NCBI GenBank assembly: GCA_964016885.1
Contig: OZ024752.1
Span: 6,696,001-6,760,000 of the forward strand
Origin: Eledone cirrhosa
Lineage: Eukaryota
Reading direction: 5' to 3'
DNA length: 64,000 bases
Part shown: positions 1 through 11,601 of the stretch, piece after piece
How positions within the stretch are numbered: position 1 is the first letter of the stretch
How the letters are laid out: each line of letters begins with the position of its first letter
Program-made: the position numbers and the translations under genes
Notes under the pieces: generated by a model
Seen by the model: only the letters and a program-made list of their open reading frames with translations
Told to the model about the DNA's origin: nothing
The model's database searches: none

Positions 1-105
1 CGCCGAGATTGACTTTGCCTTTCATCCTTACGGGGTCGATAAAATAAAGTACCAGTAATGTACTGGGTAATTGCTGGCCTTGTGCCAAAAATGGAAACAA
101 TTATC
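1..105 (+). mobile_element. SINE family A, 3' part
   Basis: ctttgcctttcatccttacggggtcgataaaataaagtaccagt...gccttgtgccaaaa matches the full copies at 26727 and 33586. Confidence 0.85.
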
Positions 106-112
106 ATTTAAA

Positions 113-283
113 GGGTGGTGGATTGGCAGTATCCGTAGAAGGTCGGACGCTATGCTTTACAGCAAAGAGTTATGGCCCTTTATGATCTGAATTCAAATCC
201 CGCCGAGGTTAACTTCGATGAAATAAAGTACCAGTAATACACTGGGATAATTGCTGGCCTTGTGCCAAAAGTAGAAACAATTA
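113..283 (+). mobile_element. SINE family A with internal deletion
   Basis: tRNA-like head (tggcagtatccgtaga A-box-like, gaattcaaatcc B-box-like) and the family A tail; lacks about 20 bp of the core. Confidence 0.85.
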
Positions 284-526
284 CAATCGTATGCCAACCA
301 TCCTAACCATTAGGTCATGTGACTTCATGAAGTAATAGGCATGCTAAGGTAAAGCCATGATCCTCCCTACCATTTTATGTCTGTTTTCTATCCTGACATG
401 GGTTGACTAGGTCATCAATGCCTCAGTTCTTATTTAAAGTTTCTCCTCTCCTAGATGGATATAAGGATCATACAATTTTGCAAAATTTTCTGTGGCTAGC
501 TTTACTGAGTGTACTCGGTGCATTAA

Positions 527-745
527 CCCTTTAGCATTTACAGTGCTCTATATATACTAATGTATTTTTGTGGTAAAGGCTTCATTTTACATAATTATCT
601 CATAATATCGAATTCATGAGATTTTGATGTTATTTATTTTGTGAACAAATCCTTAACATTAGCATGAGTGGCCAGTTGCAGCCAGTTTAAACAGAAAGAA
701 GTGAGAGAATTCTGGCCGGTTATGGCCAGTTTAAATGCTAAAGGG
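527..745. mobile_element. piggyBac-type MITE, family P1, 219 bp
   Basis: 14-bp perfect TIRs CCCTTTAGCATTTA / TAAATGCTAAAGGG with TTAA on both sides (523-526, 746-749). Homologs at 7355 and 35148. Confidence 0.85.
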
Positions 746-1648
746 TTAAGTCATGGCACCAGTGCTAGAGAGGTTGCCATGTTCTCGACAAGACTAAAGA
801 GTCCTTTCAACCTTAAATTGCCTCTCTGTTCAATATACAAAAAACATTTTGAGTGTACTGGGTGCATTTTATCATGGCACCAACACTAAAGAGGTTATGT
901 CTCTGGCAAAAATAAAGTCTCCCCTAACCCCTATATTCTTTCAGTTCAATGATCAACTTACTTTACAGAGTATACTGGATATATTTAACCCTGGCACAGC
1001 TCCCAAAACTGGTCGTCAACCTTAGAGAAGTCATCATGTCCTCAGCAAGACTTGGAGCAAAATAGAAATTATTTTTCCTTTGTAACGAACAAAACCATTG
1101 AACAAGAAAATATTTTCTTTAATTCTTATTTTAGTTGTTGTTGTTCTGAGAAAAAGACTCAGAAATCCAGGTTTATTGAAATTATTTTCTTGTTATTTTT
1201 TTCTTTTTCTCTTCACTTTTTGAGATTCATTTGTTTTGTGTCATCATCATCGTCAACATCATCATCAACATCATCATCTATTTATTTATTTTATTGGTTC
1301 CACCCACCATTACATATTTAACTCTGAGGATATCAACAACCTAATGGAAATCTCATTCCTCAGCTAATCATATTTTGTGTTGGCAGTGAATGTTGAACTC
1401 TCAAACTCCCTCAGTTAGTTATAAAGTTGAGTGCTTGGCAGGTTACCCACACTTCTACTTCACACAGGTCATTTGTAACGCCTTCTAGCACTGTCACCTT
1501 CTCTCATTCTATGGCGTGTGTGTGTGTGGTCCTATAACTCGTGATGGAGTCCTAAGTAGCATACAGCACTTCTGGGGCATTGTAAGCTTGGTGGAGCTCT
1601 TCTGGTGGAGCTCTTCAGATCTGAACATAGTAGATTTATTCCAGAGAA

Positions 1649-3315
1649 GGAGAGTGAACTGAGTTGACTGGAGAGTGAACTGAGTTGACTGGAGAGTGAA
1701 CTGAGTTGACTGGAGAGTGAACTGAGTTGATTGGAGAGTGAACCGAGTTGATTGGAGAGTGAACTGAGTTGACTGGAGAGTGAACTGAGTTGACTGGAGA
1801 CTGAACTGAGTTGATTGGAGAGTGAACCGAGTTGACTGGAGAGTGAACCGAGTTGATTGGAGAGTGAACCGAGTTGACTGGAGAGTGAACCGAGTTGATT
1901 GGAGAGTGAACCGAGTTGATTGGAGAGTGAACCGAGTTGACTGGAGAGTGAACCGAGTTGACTGGAGAGTGAACCGAGTTGACTGGAGAGTGAACCGAGT
2001 TGATTGGAGAGTGAACCGAGTTGACTGGAGAGTGAACCGAGTTGATTGGAGAGTGAACCGAGTTGATTGGAGAGTGAACCGAGTTGACTGGAGAGTGAAC
2101 CGAGTTGATTGGAGAGTGAACCGAGTTGACTGGAGAGTGAACCGAGTTGATTGGAGAGTGAACCGAGTTGACTGGAGAGTGAACCGAGTTGACTGGAGAG
2201 TGAACCGAGTTGATTGGAGAGTGAACCGAGTTGACTGGAGAGTGAACCGAGTTGATTGGAGAGTGAACCGAGTTGACTGGAGAGTGAACCGAGTTGACTG
2301 GAGAGTGAACCGAGTTGACTGGAGAGTGAACCGAGTTGACTGGAGACTGAACTGAGTTGATTGGAGAGTGAACCGAGTTGACTGGAGAGTGAACCGAGTT
2401 GACTGGAGAGTGAACCGAGTTGACTGGAGAGTGAACCGAGTTGACTGGAGAGTGAACCGAGTTGATTGGAGAGTGAACCGAGTTGATTGGAGAGTGAACC
2501 GAGTTGATTGGAGAGTGAACCGAGTTGATTGGAGAGTGAACCGAGTTGATTGGAGAGTGAACCGAGTTGATTGGAGAGTGAACCGAGTTGACTGGAGAGT
2601 GAACCGAGTTGATTGGAGAGTGAACCGAGTTGATTGGAGAGTGAACCGAGTTGACTGGAGAGTGAACCGAGTTGATTGGAGAGTGAACCGAGTTGACTGG
2701 AGAGTGAACCGAGTTGATTGGAGAGTGAACCGAGTTGATTGGAGAGTGAACCGAGTTGATTGGAGAGTGAACCGAGTTGATTGGAGAGTGAACCGAGTTG
2801 ATTGGAGAGTGAACCGAGTTGATTGGAGAGTGAACCGAGTTGACTGGAGAGTGAACCGAGTTGACTGGAGAGTGAACCGAGTTGATTGGAGAGTGAACCG
2901 AGTTGACTGGAGAGTGAACCGAGTTGATTGGAGAGTGAACCGAGTTGACTGGAGAGTGAACCGAGTTGACTGGAGAGTGAACCGAGTTGACTGGAGAGTG
3001 AACCGAGTTGACTGGAGAGTGAACCGAGTTGATTGGAGAGTGAACCGAGTTGACTGGAGAGTGAACCGAGTTGATTGGAGAGTGAACCGAGTTGACTGGA
3101 GAGTGAACCGAGTTGACTGGAGAGTGAACCGAGTTGACTGGAGAGTGAACCGAGTTGATTGGAGAGTGAACTGAGTTGACTGGAGAGTGAACTGAGTTGA
3201 CTGGAGAGTGAACTGAGTTGACTGGAGAGTGAACTGAGTTGACTGGAGAGTGAACCGAGTTGATTGGAGAGTGAACCGAGTTGATTGGAGAGTGAACCGA
3301 GTTGACTGGAGAGTG
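1649..3315. repeat. 21-bp minisatellite (GGAGAGTGAACYGAGTTGAYT), about 79 copies
   Basis: Tandem periodicity seen directly; two binary variant sites. Confidence 0.98.
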
Positions 3316-3809
3316 TGCCAACCAGTGCGAGAATGAAAGCCACAACATCACAATTGTTAGGTTGATTTACCACCAGGCTGCAGGCTTTGACACTGTTACT
3401 CAGCTAACATTCAATTATTCATCATCATCATCATCATCATTTCTAATCCATTTTTTCTTCCACCCTTGCATGGGTTGGACAGGTTTCTCTCAGCACAGCA
3501 TGTCTCCTCTCGCTGCATTCGTTCAACTCCTCTGTCAGTCTCAGTGATTCAAGACCAGCTCTCACCACCTCTGCCCAGGTCTTCCTTTGCCTTTCTCTAC
3601 AGCAGCTTCCTTCCACACTTTCTTTTCTCCACTCCTCTATTTACCAAATACTCAGTAAATTATCTCATTAACATATATATCCTGTTATTGCTATATACAA
3701 CACTTAAATGTAGATTTTGTCAGCTTTTCAATAAATACATATTTAGGCCTCCAGTATTGAACATGTTGTGATGGTGGCACTCTATCTTTTCATGCTATTG
3801 GTTGCTTTT

Positions 3810-3850
<41 letters not shown>

Positions 3851-4205
3851 GTTTCTGTCTCTCTGTATATGTGTATATTTATATATATCCTACACCATAT
3901 TAGAAATACATAGACATGGTTATGAGTATTTGTTTTCATACACCAACCAACCATCACCGCCACCATACTCCTCCGCCTCCATATCTGTTTTAGTCCCTCA
4001 ATTAGTCAGTTGAGAATATCTTCTATTTCTAATACTTTCTTCATTGACTCAAGAGAGGAAGGGGAGGAGAGACGAGGGAGCTTCTTTTGGGGAGTTTTAT
4101 TTATTTGTTTGTTATCCACCTTTCTCCCCCCCCCCCCCTCTCTCTCTATATATATATATATATTATATTATATATAAATAAAAATAAAAATATATATATA
4201 TATTA

Positions 4206-4567
4206 ATATTGGTAAAAGGAAAAACAAAATGTTGACAACTTATCCCCAGTGAAAAATAGTTTAATTAGGAATAAGTAAAAATTAGTAATAAATATTGGTT
4301 AGTATTCAGTTTTGGTTTTAAGTTTTTATCGGTTGCGCATTTCTAATGCTTTTCAAAAATAATTGATGTTTGCTCTAATCAGATTAGAGCAAACATTACG
4401 GGCGCTCTATCTCAAAATTTTTTTTGAAAAGCATTAGAAATGCGCAACCGATAAAAACTTAAAACTGAATACTAACCAATACTTATTACTAATTTTTACT
4501 TATTCCTAATTAAACTATTTTTCACTGGGAACAATTTGTCAGCATTTTCTTTTCTTTTTACCAATAT
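4206..4567. repeat. Long fold-back inverted repeat (about 150-bp arms) with inner 15-bp-arm palindrome; probable Penelope-like terminal remnant
   Basis: 4206-4358 is the reverse complement of about 4420-4567. Inner atgtttgctctaatc-a-gattagagcaaacat at 4366-4396. Flanked by (TA)n. Confidence 0.85.
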
Positions 4568-4622
4568 ATCACAACTCGTGTGTTACACCTCTATTCTTTT
4601 AAATATATATATATATATATTT

Positions 4623-5010
4623 GGAGGCACATGGCTTAGTGGTTAGAGCATTGGCCTTGCAATCGAAAGGTTGTGAGTTCACTTCTCAGACTGGGTGATG
4701 TGTTGTTTCCTTGAGCAAGGCACTTTATTTCACATTGCTCCAGTTTACTCAGCTGTAGAAATGAGATGATAGGGACTGGGGTCCATATCATTCCACTGTA
4801 GAGTGGTCGTGGAGGTGCCACGGCAAAAAAGCACCCAGCCCACACTGTAAAGTGGACGTGTAGGCGCCACGGAAAAAAAGCACCGAGCACTCACTGTAAA
4901 TGAGGTTGGTGTTAGGAAGGGCATCCAGCTGTAGAAATCAAGCCAGAATCAGTTCCCGTCCCACCCTTGCAAGCAGGGAAAAGCAGACGTAAAATGATGA
5001 TGATGATGAT
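4623..5010 (+). mobile_element. SINE family B (tRNA head, CORE-like domain, RTE-like tail)
   Basis: TGGCTTAGTGG A box, GAGTTCA B box, CORE-like ccttgagcaagRcactt...ccagtttactcagctgtagaaatg, (GAT)n tail; five other copies in the window. Confidence 0.9.
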
Positions 5011-5064
5011 ATATATATTACTCTCTGCAAGCTATAAATAATATTTCAGAAATGGACAAGAAAT

Positions 5065-5413
5065 TATATGTGTGTATGTATGTGTATCTGCGTGTGTGTA
5101 TGTGTTTGGTATAGTGTGTAGTGTGTACATGTGTGAACATGTGTGTGTGTGTGTGTGAGCTTGCGTGTGTGGGTGTGTGTGTGGTGTGGTGTGTGTGTGG
5201 TGTGGTGTGTGTGTGGTGTGTGTGTGGTGTGTGTGTGGGGTGTGTGTGGTGTGTGTGGTGTGTGTGTGTGAATTTGTTTGGTGTAGTGTGAGTGCACGTG
5301 TGTGTGTGAGCGTGTGTGTGTGTGAGCATGTGTGAGCGTGTGTGTATGTGTGTGTGTGAGAGCGTGTGAGCATGTGTGTGTGAGCATGTGTGTGAGCATT
5401 GTGTGTGTGTGAG

Positions 5414-5450
<37 letters not shown>
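5065..5450. repeat. Degenerate (GT)n microsatellite
   Basis: Seen directly. Confidence 0.95.
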
Positions 5451-5599
5451 CAATTCCGTTCTGTTACTTTCAACAAGATATAACACACATGGTGTGATAA
5501 CAATTTCCAATCTGTTCCCAGTTCTGAGATTCCTTACACCTGAGAAGAGGTTCCTGTAGAAAGGGATAAACTAGATCCCTTCCTTCTGGTTGCTGCTGA

Positions 5600-7068
5600 T
5601 GATGGTGTGGTTGATGGTAGTGGTGGTGGTGTGGTTGGTGGTGGTGGTGTGGTTGGTGGTGGTAGTGTGGTTGATGGTGGTGGTGTTGTGGTTGATGGTG
5701 GTGGTGTGGTTGATTGTGGTGGTGTGGTGGTGGTGGTGTGGTTGATGGTGTGGTGGTGGTGTGGTGGTGGTGGTGTGGTTGATGGTGGTGGTGTGGTGGT
5801 GGTGGCGGTGTGGTGGTGGTGTGGTTGATGGTGGTGGTGTTGTGGTGGTGGTGGTGGTGTGGTTGATTGTGGTGGTGTGGTGGTGGTGGTGTGGTTGATG
5901 GTGGTGGTGTTGTGGTGGTGGTGGTGGTGTGGCTGATGGTGGTGGTGTGGTTGATTGTGGTGGGGTGGTGGTGGTGGTGTGGTTGATGGTGGTGGTGTGG
6001 TTGATGGTGGTGGTGGTGTGGTGGTGGTGGTGTGGTTGATGGTGGTGGTGTGGTTGATGGTGATGGTGTTGTGGTGGTGGTGGCGGTGTGGTGGTGGTGG
6101 CGGTGTGGTGGTGGTGGCGGTGTGGTGGTGGTGGTGTGGTTGATGGTGGTGGTGTGGTTGATTGTGGTGGGTGGTGGTGGTGTGGTTGATGGTGATGGTG
6201 TTGTGGTGGTGGTGGCGGTGTGGTGGTTGTGGTGGTGTGGTGGTGGTGGTGGTGTGGTTGATGGTGGTGGTGTGGTTGATGGTGGTGGTGTGGTTGATGG
6301 TGGTGGTGTGGTTGATGGTGGTGGTGTGGTGGTGGTGGTGTGGTTGATGGTGGTGGTGTGGTTGATTGTGGTGGGTGGTGGTGGTGTGGTTGATGGTGGT
6401 GGTGGTGGTGTGGTTGATGGTGATGGTGTTGTGGTGGTGGTGGCGGTGTGGTGGTTGTGGTGGTGTGGTGGTGGTGGTGGTGTGGTGGTGGTGGTGGTGT
6501 GGTTGATGGTGGTGGTGTGGTTGATGGTGGTGGTGTGGTTGATGGTGGTGGTGTGGTGGTGGTGGTGTGGTTGATGGTGGTGGTGTGGTAGTGGTGGTGT
6601 GGTTGGTGGTGGTGGTGGTGTTGTGGTGGTGGTGGTGTGGTTGATGGTGGTGCTGGTGTGGTTGGTGGTTGTGTGGTGGTTGATGGTGGTGGCGGGGTGG
6701 TTGATGGTGGTGGTGTAGTCGATGGTGGTGGTTGTGGGGGTGTAGTTGTTTTTGTTGATGTTATTGGTGGTGGTGATGCTGTGGTTAGAGGCAGTAGTAG
6801 TGGAGTGGTAGTGGTGTTACCAGCAGTAGTGGTAGAGGTGGTAGTGTTACTAGCAGTAGAGGTGGTAGTGTTGGTGGTAGTGGTGTTAGTGGCAGTAGTA
6901 GTAGAGGTGGTAGTGTTGGTGGTAGTGTTGGTGGTAGTGGTGTTAGTGGCAGTAGTAGTAGAGGTGGTAGTGTTGGTGGTAGTGGTGTTAGTGGCAGTAG
7001 TAGTAGAGGTGGTAGTGGTGTTAGTGTGGCAGTAGTAGTAGAGGCAGTAGTAGTAGTGGAGGTAGTGG
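5600..7068. repeat. Degenerate (GGT)n/(GTA)n low-complexity tract
   Basis: Seen directly. Confidence 0.95.
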
Positions 7069-7354
7069 AACCCTAATATTTTGATCTATGACATGCTCAT
7101 CTCCATGTTAGTACCACAACCAACAACAATTTACTATTTTCAAACAAAAGCTCCCAGGTAAGATAGGTTGGGGGGGGGGGGGTCTTTAACAAATGTGACC
7201 CTCCATCTTTGGGGGGGGGTCTTTAACAAATGCGACCCTCCATCTGTGGGGGGGGGGGGGGGGTCTTTAACAAATGTGACCCCCCCCCCCTCTTTTGTTT
7301 TGTTCCACTCCCAACAAAGAACACCTTTACAAAATATTAGAAATTAGTATACCA

Positions 7355-7500
7355 GTTAACTCTTTAGCAGTTAACCCAGCCATATCTGGCCAGACTTCTC
7401 TCACCTCTTTCTGTTCAAACCGGCTGTAACTGGCTGCTCATACTTATGTCAAGGTATTGCTCTCAAAATAAATAATATCAAAATCTTGTAGATTCGATAT
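7355..7500 (-). mobile_element. Partial MITE P1
   Basis: Reverse complement of the right half of 527-745, starting ttaactctttagcag. Confidence 0.6.
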
Positions 7501-7569
7501 TATGTGAGGTAAAGTATTTACCGTTTATTCTCTAAGTACCTCATGTACACCACATGTATATATGATGAT

Positions 7570-7772
7570 GACACACACACATATATATACACACATATAT
7601 ATACACACACATATATACACACACATATATATATACACATATATATACACACACATATATACACACACATATATATATACACATCCAACCCTTGCAAGCA
7701 GGGAAAAGCGGACGTAAAATGAAAATAAAATGAAATAAATAAACATTATGAAGATGATGAAATACACATGCC

Positions 7773-7806
<34 letters not shown>

Positions 7807-8246
7807 TATATATATATATGTGCACACACACACACACACACATATATATAGATATATACACACACACATATATATAGATATATACACACACACATATATA
7901 TATGCGCACACATGAAGATGATGGCATACACATGCGTATATATATACACACACACACAAAATATTTATATATATACATATGTGTGTGTGTGTGTGTGAGT
8001 GTGTGTGTATGTGAGTGTGTGTGTGAGAGAGTGAGTGTGTGTATGAGTATGTGTGTGTGGTGTGAGTGAGTGAGTGAGTGTGAGAGAGAGAGTGTGTGTA
8101 TGTGAGTATGTGTGGTGTGAGTGTGAGAGTGTGAGTGTGTGTGTGAGAGTGTGAGTGTGTGTGTGAGAGTGTGAGTGTGTGTGTGTGTGTGAGAGTGTGA
8201 GCATATGAGTGTGTGTAGGTGTGTGTGTGTGCGTGTGTGTGTGTGT
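7570..8246. repeat. (CA)/(TA)/(GT) compound microsatellite containing an orphan RTE/SINE tail (7683-7722)
   Basis: Seen directly; tail acccttgcaagcagggaaaagcggacgtaaaatga. Confidence 0.9.
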
Positions 8247-8358
8247 ACAGGTAATGGCAACATGTTTTCATTTAGGTTTGCTTCATTCCACTTGAACTAA
8301 TTTTAATAGTTTTACTTTTGTTAGAAGAAACTTCTATCAACTTTTTAATACTATATAT

Positions 8359-8743
8359 AGACATGGAGGGGAGAGAAAGACATGGAGGGGAGAGAAAGAC
8401 ATGGAGGGGAGAGAAAGACATGGAGGGGAGAGAAAGACATGGAGGGGAGAGAAAGACATGGAGGGAAGAGAAAGACATGGAGGGGAGAGAAAGACATGGA
8501 GGGAAGAGAAAGACATGGAGGGGAGAGAAAGACATGGAGGGGAGAGAAAGACATGGAGGGAAGAGAAAGACATGGAGGGGAGAGAAAGACATGGAGGGGA
8601 GAGAAAGACATGGAGGGGAGAGAAAGACATGGAGGGGAGAGAAAGACATGGAGGGGAGAGATAGACATGGAGGGGAGAGATAGACATGGAGGGGAGAGAT
8701 AGACATGGAGGGGAGAGAAAGACATGGAGGGGAGAGAAAGACA
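8359..8743. repeat. 19-bp minisatellite (AGACATGGAGGGGAGAGAA), about 20 copies
   Basis: Tandem periodicity. Confidence 0.97.
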
Positions 8744-8946
8744 ATAACAGGTAAGCGAGACTGCATGAATGAATACATAGATCTACATGTTAAGTGTTTA
8801 AACATGTGAACATATCAAACTTTACATATTTCCGCATAAATTAAAAAATGATAAACATCTTAAATAAGGTTTCAAACCTTTTTGGTTTCTCATCAGAAGA
8901 TATGTCTCTCATCTAAACGATCACAAGGAAATATGTAACTAAGGGG

Positions 8947-8994
<48 letters not shown>

Positions 8995-9194
8995 AAAGGT
9001 GGGTGAAGACTACAGAAACATGGATAAAACACAGGACAGTACCCTCCCATCAGTCTGTTTTTCCATTGTCTTGGCCCACCTTTTTTTCAATTAATTTCCA
9101 TGCATAATTTTCAAATTGATATGTTAATATATACATATATATATATATACATAAATATATATATATACATATATATACCCCCACTGCCATCTAC

Positions 9195-9502
9195 ACCACC
9201 CCTTTCGATGTAAAGTTATGTTGGTACCGCAACATCCAGTCCGAAACAAATGAGGTCGTGTAGGTGTCACGACAAAAAAACACACAGTCCAGGCTGTAAT
9301 GTGGCCGTGTAGGTAACACGGTAAACACCTCCCAGTCCACACTGTAAACGTGGTTGGTGTTAGGAAGGGCATCTAGCCGTAGAAAACCCACCAGATAGTC
9401 CTATACGAGCAAGACAACCAATCTTGCCTCAAGTGGGACAATTCCCATCCAGACCCATGCTAGCGTGCAAAATGGACGTTAAATGATGATGATGATGATG
9501 AT
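9195..9502 (+). mobile_element. RTE-type LINE 3' UTR (family D)
   Basis: Homologous to 62360-62662, which follows an RTE-like ORF end; (GAT)n tail. Confidence 0.8.
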
Positions 9503-9767
9503 ACTTTGTTTTTGAGCTAACCAGCCAACTGGAAATTTATAATGAATTGAAGTGAAAACCAACAGGTGTGTGTTTTTATTGGCAAAAAATAACAATATAT
9601 ATGACGAAGGAGGTGTGGTAAGGAACCAGATGGACCATAACGCACCAGAGTACTCGATACTTAGGGTAGTAGAGTGGGTAATAGGAAAAGAGTCAGGACC
9701 CCGACGGCTGAGCTCCAGCCGTTTTGACAGCTAGTTCGGGGTCCTGACTCTTCTCATATATATATAT

Positions 9768-10158
9768 GGAGGCATATGGCTTAGTGGTTAGAGCATTGGC
9801 CTTGTAATCGAAAGGTTGTGAGTTCAATTCTCAGACCAGGTGATGTGTTGTTTCCTTGAGCAAGACACTTTATTTCACATTGCTCCAGTTTACTCAGCTG
9901 TAGAAATGAGATGATAGGGACTGGGATCCTTATCATTCCACTGCAAAGTGGTCGTGGGGGTGCCACGGCAAAAAAGCACCCAGCACTCACTGTAAATGAG
10001 GTTGGTGTTGGGAAGGGCATCCAGCTGTAGAAATCAAGCCAGAATCAGTTCCCGTATGAGCAAGACAAGGTCAGCCGACCAGACACTGCCCACAACAGGA
10101 CAACCCGTCTAACCCATGCTAGCATGGAAGAACGGACGTAAAACGGTGATGATGATGA
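9768..10158 (+). mobile_element. SINE family B (longer-tail variant)
   Basis: Same head and core as 4623; (GAT)n tail. Confidence 0.9.
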
Positions 10159-10487
10159 TATATATATCCCTGTTAATAACCATTGTAGTAATGGTAGGAA
10201 AGAGAACAAGATCAAGAAGTAAGATAACTGTAAGTCAGTGGTTGTAGCATGTTGGGGAGTCTTAATCTAAATTAGGTTTACTTAGGGTGTGGTCTAGGAA
10301 TACTTATCAGAGCTGGACCCTCGGGGACCTCATTTTAAAAAATATATTTTCATTTTATCATTACTTTTTATTCATTAACACTAAATCATCAAATATATAT
10401 ATATCATCATCATCATCATCCTCGTTTAACGTCCACTTTCCACGCTAGCATGGGTTAGACGGATGGATATATATATATATATATAAA

Positions 10488-10622
10488 ATAATTGTTTCTA
10501 CTTTAGGCACAAGGCCAGCAATTATCCCAGTACATTACTGGTACTTTATTTTATCGACCCTGTAAGGATGAAAGGCAAAGTCAACCTCGGCTGGATTTGA
10601 ACTCAGATCGTAAAGGGACATA
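10488..10622 (-). mobile_element. SINE family A, 5'-truncated
   Basis: Reverse complement of the family A core and tail. Confidence 0.85.
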
Positions 10623-10825
10623 AAATAATAATAGACGGATATATATATATATATAAAATAATAGACGGATATATATATATAAAATAAAACAAGGACGATT
10701 TGTTAAGCCTTCATTATGTTTATTGATTGGTGACATGTGTGGTGAACCTAGAGTAACTTCACGTTACACTCCCTGGATATATATATATATGTATATATAT
10801 ATGTATATATATATGTATATATCAC

Positions 10826-10971
10826 CATCATCATCATCATCATTTTACGTCCACTTTTCCCTGCTTGCAAGGGTTGGATGGGTCCTATTCAGCACAGCAT
10901 CTCTCCATTTGTCACGGTCCTTCGTCATCTCCTCTGTGAGTTTCAGCGATCTCAGGCCTGCTCTCACCACC
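10826..10971 (-). mobile_element. RTE-type LINE 3' end
   Basis: Closely similar to 27772-27912. Confidence 0.8.
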
Positions 10972-11261
10972 TAGCGTGGAAGATGGACATTAAACGAAGA
11001 TGATGATGATGATATATATCATCATCAATACTTATTTGTTGTGCTCATAATTTTTGGCATTAATATATACTGGTTGGATGCCCTTCCTAACACCAGCACC
11101 ACTTTACAGCATGGACTGGGTGCTTTTATTCATGCCACCAGCACTAGGGAAGTTGTCTTACTGGACTTAGGGGACTTCTCTACCTCGCACAGTGTCATTG
11201 GAATGTTTGAATGTATATCTATCTATCTATCTATCTATATATATATATATAAGAAAAAAAT

Positions 11262-11469
11262 GAGGAAGTTTTGTTTCCATGTAAAAGATATTTATTGTAT
11301 ATCGACCTGTTATGGTCATTTTGTAGAGGATTAGCAGCCTGACTGAAGAACAGATCGATAGTGGAGTGAGGTCCATAACTCCTATGGGTGACATTGAGCC
11401 AATCTTCTGTGAAACGTGCTTAACAGGTTGATACACAAATATCATTTACATGTAAACGAAACTTCCTTC
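11262..11469 (+). mobile_element. Fold-back insert with decayed hammerhead-like motif
   Basis: About 50-bp inverted arms (11262-11312 / 11419-11469) and internal CTGAAGA-acaga...tctgt-GAAA. Confidence 0.6.
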
Positions 11470-11541
11470 TTTCTAATATATACACTCTGCCTGTGAATAG
11501 AGTGTTTGCTTTGGTACCAACACCAGCAATTTACTGAACCA

Positions 11542-11601
<60 letters not shown>

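Noticed and set aside
4623-4695. tRNA gene
   Set aside because: A tRNA-derived SINE head continuing into SINE body; the same applies to the other SINE heads.
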